Shown piece after piece: positions 1-8,710 of a DNA stretch of 64,000 nt. The stretch is taken from IMG/VR virus record IMGVR_UViG_3300023202_000383, positions 62,001-126,000 of that record; one strand, written 5' to 3'. The position numbers were made by a program, and so were the translations under genes. The notes below the pieces were generated by a model that saw only the letters and a program-made list of their open reading frames with translations, did not search any database and had not been told where the DNA came from. Every line of letters starts with the position of its first letter. The first letter of the stretch is position 1.

Positions 1-144
1 AATCCTACGGCTAATACTGATAGCCTTGTGAAGACTTTTAAGTCTGATCTTGAAGCCGCTATTACTAATGTTAGTGCTGAGACTATTAAAATGAACTATT
101 CTGGTATCCTTTATGGTAGAGGCGGGCATAACTTCCCGGTTTAA
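1..144 (+). CDS. 3' end of a CDS running in from the left edge (hypothetical)
   Basis: Frame 1 is open from base 1 to TAA at 142-144 (NPTANTDSLVKTF...HNFPV*); the next ATG follows at 146. Confidence 0.5.
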   Translation, partial: NPTANTDSLVKTFKSDLEAAITNVSAETIKMNYSGILYGRGGHNFPV

Positions 145-145
145 T

Positions 146-424
146 ATGCGACGATATACTCCACAAGACATTGTTAACTTGATTGAAGAGGATTTGGGGA
201 AATCTTCAACTCCTAATTATTTCCGAATAGTTCAAGACTATTTAAGCAGGAGAGTCAAAGAGCTTCAGGAGGAAGGTGAGGATAATCCTTATCCTTATGC
301 ATTGGGCGAAGCGGGTGCACATATGTCAAATCTGCTCTATGCTTTGGATCGCATAAAGATCTATGTGGATGACGAGCATGTTATTGACATAATCGATCAG
401 GCGATCGAAAAGTACACTAAATAA
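146..424 (+). CDS. Hypothetical protein
   Basis: ORF 113..424; ATG 146, directly after the upstream stop, is the likelier start (MRRYTPQDIVNLIEE...). Confidence 0.6.
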   Translation: MRRYTPQDIVNLIEEDLGKSSTPNYFRIVQDYLSRRVKELQEEGEDNPYPYALGEAGAHMSNLLYALDRIKIYVDDEHVIDIIDQAIEKYTK

Positions 425-437
425 GTTATAATTTAGA

Positions 438-1324
438 ATGAGATTGGGCTATTTATATTCTGTGACTCTCATGGAAGCCGACCTCATGGTCGGATTTGGT
501 CCACAAATCCAAAAAACATCCAAAGAACTAGGATTGCTCCAGAAGAGTTAGCTGGGTTTATTCAATCAATAAAAGATGAAACAAAAGTATATATCCCATG
601 GCTTATCAAACAGATTTCTCCATCAAAAGCGGGCAGTCAAAGATTGCGTCTTCCAGAAGACATACCAAGAATAATCAATGTCTTGCGGTCATTTAATAAA
701 TTAAAGACCAAACTGCCACATAAAGACATCAATAAATACACTTTTAGAGATTTAGAAGCGCAAGTAGATAAATTGAGCGGTACCGCTATAAAATCTAAAC
801 GCCAAAAAGCGAAAGATATAAAAGCTGAAGGAGTAGAGGATTACAGGGAAAATGCTTCATGGAAGATAATTAAAGTGACTACCGCTAAAGCAGCTTGTAT
901 TTTGTCTAAGAACACTAAGTGGTGCACAAGCGATGAAGGTGTAGCGGCAGGATATCTCCCGCTATATATCGTGTTTAAGAAAAGTGGCAGCAAGTTGATC
1001 AAAGTTGCACAGTATGATGCTGATTTTGATCAGGTTATGGATGTAAAAGATAATCCGATAGATCAAGTACCAAAATCATTGGCTGAATTGATGAAACCTC
1101 AATCGCCTAGTCCTGAACAAGCATATCGCTATGCTAAAGATGTCATCAAGGGAAGATGGCCCGATGGAGAAGAAACGATAAAGAAAGATCCTAAATGGGC
1201 TTATCACTATGCTCTCGATGTCATCAAGGGAAGATGGCCTGAGGCTGAGGAAACGATAAAGAATGATCCTGAATGGGCTTATCACTATGCTCTCGATGTC
1301 ATCAAGGGAAGATGGCCTGAGTGA
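438..1324 (+). CDS. Phage protein with KWCTS motif and C-terminal 26-aa AYxYAxDVIKGRWP repeats; apparent frameshift near 530
   Basis: ORF 644..1324 stays open back to 437 with no ATG; the ATG 438 ORF in another frame joins plausibly at KELG/IAPEELAG; three C-terminal repeats. Confidence 0.55.
1111..1321 (+). repeat. 78-bp tandem coding repeat, about 2.7 copies
   Basis: TGTCATCAAGGGAAGATGGCC occurs at 1141, 1219 and 1297; copies 2 and 3 are near-identical. Confidence 0.9.
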
Positions 1325-1348
1325 CAACATTAAGTTTTATGAAGTAGA

Positions 1349-3016
1349 TTACTTACTCCAGATAAATTTGAAATGGCCAGCGTCCCATAATCTGCGATAT
1401 CTATTATTGAACATATTTTCAGATTCAGTAAGAGACGGATCGAAATTATCTAATTTGTCCAATAATTTATGTTTTTGAAATTGATGTCTATTAAAGACCA
1501 TATTGTCTTTGACATAACAATATCCAGGCTGTGTTATTGAATCAAGTTTGAATCCCAGTGCTTTATATAAATTTCCAGCAGAGAATCTTCTGTCGCAGTA
1601 TGTCATTATTGTTTTTGGGCCATGCGATCTGGTAAAATGTCTAAGCAATTTACTTGCGCCGCCAATAACGTTGTTGTTTATTTTGTTGGCAAATCTTGAT
1701 ACTTCCCATTCGTATTTTTTGTGTTTGTTGAATCCCATACAACAAACGATTTCATTATCATATGTAAGAGCATATTTAACCCTTGAATTTATATGTCCTT
1801 GCATATGGTTGGTGCTCATAAAATCACTGAAGTTGTTATTGTCGAGTTCTACAATGTCACATTTTCTGGCATATATCTTGTTACTCAACCCCATCTTGTT
1901 TTTTATTATCGACTTGATTATGTCAGTTTTGTCTTTCCATTCGTTCTCATAGATTTGATATACTAGATAGTTATTGCTAAGAGCTAGATCCGCTTTATAA
2001 TAATGTCTATATTTTTCATCTTTAGTCTCTTTTTTGTTAAATGAATGCCAATATATTCCATGCATTTCTATTCCAAAGTCACCGGCATTACAGTCTACTT
2101 CATATGGGCTAATTATTGTTCTATCATTTATTATTACTTCACGATATTGTTCAATGAATTCAATAATTTCTCTCTGTGGATTTGTCATGTTGGCAGAACA
2201 TTTAGAGCATCCGCCTTTAGAAACCATCAATCTATTTGGAGTTGTTCTAAATTCACCATGTAATTTGCATTTTATAATTATTTCATTTTTATCGCCAATG
2301 TATTCAGACAATACTTTATAATGATCTTTATATATTTCTCGTATTTGGTCTACGAATTTATTATGGTTCTTTTTCTTAGCTTCATTTGCACAATCAACAC
2401 AACCATGTCCGCGTAAGTGATTTTCAGCTATTTGCTTGAATTCACCGTGGGTCGGACATTTTATTTTAATTATTGATTTTCTTCCGTTCTTTAATATAAC
2501 ACTGTTATAATCGTATTTGTCACTATGGATTCTACGTGCCTTTTCGATGAATTTATCAGTGGTCAACATCAATTTTGCATTGCCGCATTTTGAGCATCCT
2601 TTGCCTTTTAAATGATTGGCTGGTCTTTGTCTAAAGGTATAATTGTGTTCCTTGCATTTTATTATTGCGAATACACCACTTACTGTCTTTTTATTTGTGT
2701 ATCCAAGATATTCGTATTTATCGCCGTGTATTTTCTTCGAATCGGCAACAAAACTATCGAAGTTTCTTCTGAGCGAATTAATAATTTTATGGCCCGATTT
2801 TTCATATATTAGACGATTTCTCTTTTTATAATCTATATACTGCATTCCTTCTTTTGATGATCTGGTTTGTATATTGTGTTTTTTGAGTTTTAATGATACT
2901 AATTTTCCAGACCTGCCCACTGATTTTCCGATTTCTGATTGGCTTTTGTGTTGTATTATGTACTGATCATATAGCCAATCATAATCATCTAATTTTTGTG
3001 GATTTAGTTTACTCAT
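1349..3016 (-). CDS. Free-standing Hef-like homing endonuclease (HTH + CxxHG/CxxC zinc modules + Vsr/DUF559-type nuclease + GNAT-like C-terminal domain)
   Basis: Repeated HxDKYDY..IKCPxHGEF..HLxGxGCxxC modules; EVD..GIEMHGIYWHS nuclease motif; C-terminal IYARKC..EVSRFA..GGASKL..TYCDRR..RRLWDAG; AT-rich. Confidence 0.8.
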   Translation of the reverse strand: MSKLNPQKLDDYDWLYDQYIIQHKSQSEIGKSVGRSGKLVSLKLKKHNIQTRSSKEGMQYIDYKKRNRLIYEKSGHKIINSLRRNFDSFVADSKKIHGDKYEYLGYTNKKTVSGVFAIIKCKEHNYTFRQRPANHLKGKGCSKCGNAKLMLTTDKFIEKARRIHSDKYDYNSVILKNGRKSIIKIKCPTHGEFKQIAENHLRGHGCVDCANEAKKKNHNKFVDQIREIYKDHYKVLSEYIGDKNEIIIKCKLHGEFRTTPNRLMVSKGGCSKCSANMTNPQREIIEFIEQYREVIINDRTIISPYEVDCNAGDFGIEMHGIYWHSFNKKETKDEKYRHYYKADLALSNNYLVYQIYENEWKDKTDIIKSIIKNKMGLSNKIYARKCDIVELDNNNFSDFMSTNHMQGHINSRVKYALTYDNEIVCCMGFNKHKKYEWEVSRFANKINNNVIGGASKLLRHFTRSHGPKTIMTYCDRRFSAGNLYKALGFKLDSITQPGYCYVKDNMVFNRHQFQKHKLLDKLDNFDPSLTESENMFNNRYRRLWDAGHFKFIWSK

Positions 3017-3137
3017 ATGTTATATTTGCCTCAGTATCAAATACTTTATTAATTATGGATTGTGTCGATCTTTAGACTCCGTGTGTTATGATAGTAAATT
3101 ATTCAAAAATATTATAGTAAGTATAGGAGAAATTATT

Positions 3138-3851
3138 ATGGCTATAATGGGACCATCCGAATTACCCTCTATTCTTAAAGTTAAGTCGGAAGAGCTTAAG
3201 AAGTATGTTCTGTCCAGGCTTGGCTTCCCGACTGTCGAGATAGAAATTGAAGAATCGCAGTTTGAATCAGTTCTAAGGACGACTGGTGATTGGATAGCTC
3301 ATTATTTTCCTAAAGAGCAGAAGCTCGCGTTCTTCAACACGGTTCCTCTGCAAGGCACTTATCCATTGCCAACTGATGCGTATTGGGTTCAAGAGGCAGC
3401 GTGGGATCCAGCAACAACTAGAATTGGTGATGTATTTGGTGCTGAATCATTCCTGTTTTGCTACAGCGGTGATTCCAACATAGTTAGAGAAGATGGAAAG
3501 CTTGTAAATATTAAAGAATGGGATGACTCATATAAGGCTCTTACCCCATATGGCCCGCGTAGGCTAGTCATAGAAGAACACCTTGAGTCACAGAGATTGG
3601 TATCTATTGAGTATGAAGGCGGTTCAATAGAATGCACACCAAACCACCCACTTAAAACGGACGGTATAAGTAACATGATAAATGGATGGGAATGTGCTGA
3701 GGATTGCAAATCTGTTACTTTAAACAATGGTAAGATTGTCCCCGTTATTGGTATTGCTGACATAGAACCTGGGCCAACATATACAGTTCATGCTATTGGC
3801 GCACATTGCTTATTTATATGCAAAGATGGTGAGTCAGTAGTAGGTCATTGA
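3138..3851 (+). CDS. Neck/head-tail adaptor (T4 gp13-like), N-terminal fragment (107 aa) fused to a C-terminal Hint domain
   Basis: GGAGA RBS before ATG 3138; ELKKYVLSRLGFPTVEIEI is typical of gp13-like N-termini; the sequence switches to Hint after GAESFLF. Confidence 0.8.
   Translation: MAIMGPSELPSILKVKSEELKKYVLSRLGFPTVEIEIEESQFESVLRTTGDWIAHYFPKEQKLAFFNTVPLQGTYPLPTDAYWVQEAAWDPATTRIGDVFGAESFLFCYSGDSNIVREDGKLVNIKEWDDSYKALTPYGPRRLVIEEHLESQRLVSIEYEGGSIECTPNHPLKTDGISNMINGWECAEDCKSVTLNNGKIVPVIGIADIEPGPTYTVHAIGAHCLFICKDGESVVGH
3459..3848 (+). mobile_element. Hint (intein-like) domain, 130 aa, ending at His with no terminal Asn or C-extein
   Basis: Block A CYSGDSNIV, block B SIECTPNHPL, block F-like PTYTVHA, block G-like VVGH, then two in-frame TGA stops. 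Confidence 0.8.
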
Positions 3852-3949
3852 TGAAACTCAGAACGTTATATGAATCTATTGATTCCATCGATTTGGATTT
3901 GCGCAATTTGTTAGATATCGCTGGGATCCGTGGTAAACAAAGATTGTGA
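3851..3949 (+). CDS. 32-aa micro-ORF MKLRTLYES...
   Basis: ATG overlaps the upstream stop (TGATG); the N-terminus resembles that of the next ORF. Confidence 0.4.
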   Translation: MKLRTLYESIDSIDLDLRNLLDIAGIRGKQRL

Positions 3950-3969
3950 GCCGATAATCGGACATTAAA

Positions 3970-4209
3970 ATGAAATTGAAGAATTTACATGAATCTGGTG
4001 ATTCTTTGATCCTTTTAAAGGACAAAGTTGAACGCATGAGATCAAGCACATTACACAAGATTGAGCAAGAAATAGAATTATTAGAAATCGGGTTACATGC
4101 ATTAAATAAAAATAAGCCGCATGTAACGGTAGATCATATGGAAAGATCTATTGATGCACTCAAAAAGCTTGCGGGATATCTAAACACATGGTGGGATACT
4201 AATTTATAA
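3970..4209 (+). CDS. Small helical hypothetical protein (MKLKNLHES...)
   Basis: 79-aa ORF in the operon orientation; MKLxxLxE N-terminus. Confidence 0.6.
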   Translation: MKLKNLHESGDSLILLKDKVERMRSSTLHKIEQEIELLEIGLHALNKNKPHVTVDHMERSIDALKKLAGYLNTWWDTNL

Positions 4210-4251
4210 TCAAAATATGATTGCCAATCATATTGCGGGCAAATATGATGT

Positions 4252-5262
4252 ATGAAACCAGCCAATTTTGTTGATATAGATATTAAAAAACTCAAAAAGT
4301 TCTTTCGGACCCATACATTAGGCCAATGTGCGAAAGAATTCGGCTGCTCCAGTGCAACAATAAAGCGTAAACTGAAAGCAGCCGGTGTTGATACTTCTAT
4401 CCACAACAATAGCAGATTAGCTAAAGACTTATTCAAGAAATCCAAAAAAGATACATCATTTCTGACCGAGAATTTTTTGTATGATCAATATATAATCCAG
4501 AATAAAGATTCTAAGACAATAGCTGAAGAAAACAAGTTACATTATAATACTGTGCGCAATAGGATACAGAAATATGGTTTAAAGAAATCAGCAAAAAATG
4601 TGTCAGCATCTATGATGGTTAGGCATTATGAAAAAACTGGATATATGCATCCAGGTCAGAGACCAGATGTAATAAATAAGATCAATAAAAGAAGATCAAG
4701 ATATTATTATAAACCAGCTAAATCTAGTAAAAATTGTTTATTTAAATCGCTGCATGAATTATGTTACGCATTACTTTTAGACAATGATGACGATGTTGAA
4801 TCGTGGGATTATGAATTAATAAAGATCCCATATATTGATAGATTGACTGGCAGGCACAGGATGTATTATGTCGATTTCTCCGTTCAGGCTAAATCGGGCG
4901 ATAGATGGGTTGAGGTTAAGCCAGCTGAGAATATGATTCCGCACGACAAATATTTATATGCGTCCCAAGCCGCAAAACAAGCTGGGATTATGTTTAGGGG
5001 GCTCATAGGGGATGAAAAAAGTCGGGGATATGAACTATTTAAATCTGGATATATGAAAGATAACATTGAATTTAGGAATATTAAAGATATAAAAAATGAC
5101 AAGAATTATACTCTATGGTTCAAAAATATCAATGAAGTAGGTAAAATAAAACACGACCACTATGTTTACAAAGAAGAGGTTGGGCCGTATGTCAGAGTCA
5201 AGCTTAAAGCAAAAGCCAAGAATAAGTCTGGCACCTCTAACACATATCAATGCTATAACTGA
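4252..5262 (+). CDS. HTH-containing TnsA-N/PD-(D/E)XK free-standing endonuclease
   Basis: Two HTH-like segments; FKSLHE..WDYE..IPY..YYVDF..WVEVKP nuclease motif. Confidence 0.75.
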   Translation: MKPANFVDIDIKKLKKFFRTHTLGQCAKEFGCSSATIKRKLKAAGVDTSIHNNSRLAKDLFKKSKKDTSFLTENFLYDQYIIQNKDSKTIAEENKLHYNTVRNRIQKYGLKKSAKNVSASMMVRHYEKTGYMHPGQRPDVINKINKRRSRYYYKPAKSSKNCLFKSLHELCYALLLDNDDDVESWDYELIKIPYIDRLTGRHRMYYVDFSVQAKSGDRWVEVKPAENMIPHDKYLYASQAAKQAGIMFRGLIGDEKSRGYELFKSGYMKDNIEFRNIKDIKNDKNYTLWFKNINEVGKIKHDHYVYKEEVGPYVRVKLKAKAKNKSGTSNTYQCYN

Positions 5263-5902
5263 CACGAAGACCAGTCAGATATTTCTATCTCACAAAGCGT
5301 TTGTTAGTAAAAAATGTAATGATATTCTAGTCGACGAGCTTGCCCATTTGGTATCTGGAGATGCTAGCCATGGCGAAGAATGGCAGGATTGCTGCAATAA
5401 TTTATATGATTCTGTACCAACACACAATCCAGAATTTGATGGATTAAAAAGAAGATTGGGGATACCAGAATATATCGGGGCGAACATCGGGAATATTACT
5501 GGAATTCAGAATGTATTGACCGATTATCATCTTCTACAGCAGTATAGACGATTTTCCCAGAAAATTTTGGGAACAGAGGGCCATTGGGAAGTGCTCGGAG
5601 ACAATAGAATTAGATTATATCCAACTCCCAGGGGCACATTCCCGGTAGTAGTGTTATATGTGCCCGTGATAACCAGATTCAGGTCACCTCAAGCGAGATT
5701 GCTAGCCATGGATATGCTTGTGGCTGAATCTAAGATAATGCTTGGAAATGCTAGGGCGAAATTTAGTTCAATTCCGTCGCCTGATGGTGGGTCGCTAACT
5801 CTTGATGGTGATACTCTTCGCCAGCAGGGCGAAGAGGAACGCGAGAAAATCGTTGAGAAGGCTAATCTTCTTGCGGAGCCTCTTCCTGTACTAAAATGGT
5901 AA
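5189..5902 (+). CDS. Neck protein (gp13-like) C-terminal fragment preceded by a zincin/SprT-like domain
   Basis: GAGGT RBS before ATG 5189; DELAH..SHGEEW motif (5333-5383); from 5483 IRLYPTP..KIMLGNARAKFSSIPSPDGGSLTLDGDTLRQQGEEE matches a gp13-like C-terminus. Confidence 0.75.
   Translation: MSESSLKQKPRISLAPLTHINAITDTKTSQIFLSHKAFVSKKCNDILVDELAHLVSGDASHGEEWQDCCNNLYDSVPTHNPEFDGLKRRLGIPEYIGANIGNITGIQNVLTDYHLLQQYRRFSQKILGTEGHWEVLGDNRIRLYPTPRGTFPVVVLYVPVITRFRSPQARLLAMDMLVAESKIMLGNARAKFSSIPSPDGGSLTLDGDTLRQQGEEEREKIVEKANLLAEPLPVLKW
5863..5900. repeat. 38-bp direct repeat, left copy
   Basis: TAATCTTCTTGCGGAGCCTCTTCCTGTACTAAAATGGT, identical to 7620-7657. Confidence 0.95.
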
Positions 5903-5936
5903 TTATTTTAGCTGAATAATTACTATACTTATAAAA

Positions 5937-7622
5937 ATGAAAGTTGCAGATATAAATGAGCAGGCGTTAGTTGATGATTATAAATCTGGCGCATCTCTCA
6001 GAGATCTTGCCAATAAGTATGGTGCCAGCAGACCAACAATAAAAAAGAGGTTGTTAAAAAATGGTATAGGTATATTGTCATCTACTGACTATATTGCGAA
6101 GTACAATAAGAAGCACAGAGATAAATCTAACAAAAAGAATCGTCAGGGTATTGTGAAAAATCAGGTAGAATATGTAGATATTAATAGAACCACTGGGGAG
6201 TTTGTTGAGCAAGCGGCATCTATTCATAATAGTAGATATGACTATTCGTTAGTAGATTATAAGACTGCTGACGATAAAGTAATTATAATATGTCCTATTC
6301 ATAATAAATTTAGACAAACTCCGCATAGCCATTTAAAAGGCCATGGTTGCCCAAATTGCGGCAGAGAGGCTGGTATTAGCAAGAGATCTATCAAATTTAA
6401 TGAATTTCTTAATAGAGCTGTAGAAAAGCATGGAAATAAATTTAGATATATTGAAGATAGCTATAATGGGCTGAATTGTGATATAACAATCATATGTCAA
6501 GAACACGGGGAATATAATCAGAATGCAAGACAACATTTGTATGGCAGGCAATGCCCTCGATGTGCTGGCGGAGGATATATATCGACAACTAATGAATTCA
6601 TAAGCAAGGCCGTTGAGGTTCATGGCGGCAAATTTGATTATAGCCGCGTTGAATATTCAAACAATAAAACTCCAGTTACAATAGTTTGTCCAGTGCACGG
6701 CGAATTTATGCAGAAGCCGAATGGTCATTTGAATGGCCATGGGTGCTTGATGTGTGCTAGAGATGCGACTTCTTCTGCTGCAGAGTTTGAAATAGTTGAA
6801 TTTCTTAACTCAATTGGCATTAATAGTATTCAACATTCCCGGAGCATCATACCACCCCTTGAATTGGATATTTTTGTTCCTGATTTTAATGTAGCTATAG
6901 AATATAATGGCATATATTGGCATTCATTTGGTAATTTGGAGGAAGAAGATAAATATTCGCATTGCTGCAAATTAGATCGTTGCAAAAAACTTGGAGTCAG
7001 ACTAATCCAGATTTTCGAAAATGAGTGGATATATAAAAAAGATATAGTAAAATCGATGCTAGTGTACTTATTCAATAAAAGTAATAACAAGATTTATGCT
7101 AGAAATTGCGATATTAAAGAGATATCTACATCTCAATATAAAAAATTTACTGATGCTAATCATATGCAAGGATATAGGGCCGCTGCCGCGAGGTATGGTT
7201 TATTTGATGGGGATGAACTTGTTGCTATAGGATCATTTAATAAATATGGTAGTAGAGATTATTGGGAAGTTATCAGATTCGCCAATAAATTGAATCACCA
7301 TGTTGTCGGTGGTTTTTCTAAGATATTGAAACATTTTATAAGAAATGACAAACCTAGTAAAATTGTAACATATGCTGATAGAAGATATTCAGACGGCTCA
7401 TTATATAACAAATGTGGTTTTAAATATATATCGACTACTGATCCAAATTACTATTATGTCAATGGACTAGAAGTGAATAGCCGCCAAAAATTTCAAAAAC
7501 ATAAGCTTAAAGATAAATTGCGCGAGTTTGATAAAAATTTGACGGAAGCGGAAAATATGTTTAATAATGGGTACCGTAGATTATGGGATGCTGGCAATCT
7601 TAAATACCAGTTTCTTATTTAA
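5937..7622 (+). CDS. Hef-like homing endonuclease with GNAT-like C-terminal domain
   Basis: HTH, three HxxxY/FDY..CPxHG..GCPxC modules, ELDIF..AIEYNGIYWHS, and the same C-terminal domain as 1349..3016. Confidence 0.8.
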   Translation: MKVADINEQALVDDYKSGASLRDLANKYGASRPTIKKRLLKNGIGILSSTDYIAKYNKKHRDKSNKKNRQGIVKNQVEYVDINRTTGEFVEQAASIHNSRYDYSLVDYKTADDKVIIICPIHNKFRQTPHSHLKGHGCPNCGREAGISKRSIKFNEFLNRAVEKHGNKFRYIEDSYNGLNCDITIICQEHGEYNQNARQHLYGRQCPRCAGGGYISTTNEFISKAVEVHGGKFDYSRVEYSNNKTPVTIVCPVHGEFMQKPNGHLNGHGCLMCARDATSSAAEFEIVEFLNSIGINSIQHSRSIIPPLELDIFVPDFNVAIEYNGIYWHSFGNLEEEDKYSHCCKLDRCKKLGVRLIQIFENEWIYKKDIVKSMLVYLFNKSNNKIYARNCDIKEISTSQYKKFTDANHMQGYRAAAARYGLFDGDELVAIGSFNKYGSRDYWEVIRFANKLNHHVVGGFSKILKHFIRNDKPSKIVTYADRRYSDGSLYNKCGFKYISTTDPNYYYVNGLEVNSRQKFQKHKLKDKLREFDKNLTEAENMFNNGYRRLWDAGNLKYQFLI

Positions 7623-8182
7623 TCTTCTTGCGGAGCCTCTTCCTGTACTAAAATGGTGACTTGCGACTTTATGGCATCTACGATGTCGCCAATAAGCGTG
7701 CCTTCGTAAGTCTTGCCTGCCTCTATCTTTTTGAGTGTTCTATGATGAGATGTTATGATAGTGCTGTGGTTGGATCTGTTGAGAAGCTTAGTTAGCTCTG
7801 GATAACTGAATCTCAACAGATCCCTTGCGGCGCATATTATAATATCTCTTGTTGTAGTGACTGCTCTTACTCTAGACTTACTAAGAACCTTTCTTTTGTC
7901 AACATTCATTATCTCGCAACCGATTCTAAGCACATCGTCGAATGTTGGTGCACGCGATAGCGTACCGTGGGTTGGTTTACTTGGTCTGTCGGTTTTGATG
8001 ATTGGCTTGCCTTCGGCTTCTTCAGCTCTTTTCCTAGATATAAAATATTCTAGGTTAAATTCAGGTTTTTTCCTTTCCGGCGGCGGCGTTGGCCATCCGT
8101 TTTCAACATCTGATTCATATAGCATCTGCTCTAGCTCTTCTTCGGTATATAATTCTGTTCTGTCCATGTAAACGTTGTTCAT
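7619..8182 (-). CDS. DnaA domain IV (Bac_DnaA_C)-like DNA-binding protein
   Basis: VLSKSRVRAVTTTRDIIICAARDLLRFSYPELTKLLNRSNHSTII parallels the DnaA C-terminal S..R.R.....RQIAMYL.R....S...IG..F.RDHTTV pattern. Confidence 0.65.
   Translation of the reverse strand: MNNVYMDRTELYTEEELEQMLYESDVENGWPTPPPERKKPEFNLEYFISRKRAEEAEGKPIIKTDRPSKPTHGTLSRAPTFDDVLRIGCEIMNVDKRKVLSKSRVRAVTTTRDIIICAARDLLRFSYPELTKLLNRSNHSTIITSHHRTLKKIEAGKTYEGTLIGDIVDAIKSQVTILVQEEAPQED
7620..7657. repeat. 38-bp direct repeat, right copy
   Basis: Identical to 5863-5900; the pair brackets the endonuclease gene. Confidence 0.95.
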
Positions 8183-8221
8183 GTTTTAGCGTCATATAAA
8201 AATTATCAAACATAAATTAGA

Positions 8222-8710
8222 ATGTCTTTTGAAACCATAAAAACCGAGCACCGGATCAACGTAATTAGCGGCAACAAGATACTTGTGCCTGGTTGTGAGC
8301 CGCAATCTACTATAAGCTCAACCACTCTTGCCAAAGAGCAGCAAGAAGATGGGATATGCAATGGGGCATTAGTTGATTTAGATGATGCATTAGATGCCAT
8401 ACCAGGATCTAGAGTCATCCTGGGTATGAATTGGGGGAACTTAGGGACACAGAAATTCTTTGTATTGCCGCCCGTTGATAATTCGTTATGTTGCAGGGGG
8501 TCGATAGCTTTGGAAGATTACTATGCTGTGCTTAGAGGATTGCCGTCTGCAGAGACAGAGCAAGATTTAGAGAATATAGTTGATAATTGCGATAGCTTTA
8601 ACAACTATCAGTGCGATGGATCTATTTTAGAAAGAACATTTGACGATCCAAGAGCATTAAATAGGACTGAATTGCCGCCCGCCAGCCAATCTCGTGGGAG
8701 GTGCATATGA
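8222..8710 (+). CDS. Hypothetical virion-module protein
   Basis: ORF preceded by CAAACATA motif; coupled to the next gene. Confidence 0.6.
   Translation: MSFETIKTEHRINVISGNKILVPGCEPQSTISSTTLAKEQQEDGICNGALVDLDDALDAIPGSRVILGMNWGNLGTQKFFVLPPVDNSLCCRGSIALEDYYAVLRGLPSAETEQDLENIVDNCDSFNNYQCDGSILERTFDDPRALNRTELPPASQSRGRCI

Noticed and set aside
1111-1321. Diversity-generating retroelement TR/VR pair
   Set aside because: Tandem in-frame coding repeats, and no reverse transcriptase in the window.
3846-3854. Stop-codon readthrough or recoding to complete the intein (H-N)
   Set aside because: Two consecutive in-frame TGA codons and no downstream Asn-Cys/Ser/Thr; other genes end normally at TGA/TAG, so no alternative code is indicated.
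4252-5262. T4 gp4-like head completion nuclease or Tn7 transposase
   Set aside because: It shares the TnsA-like fold, but the HTH fusions, AT-richness and position inside a split gene favour a homing-type nuclease; no tnsB/tnsC.
5189-5482. Canonical split-intein C-fragment
   Set aside because: No block F/G (YD..HN-C/S/T) sequence; THNP occurs, but it is followed by Pro and lies upstream of the neck-like sequence.
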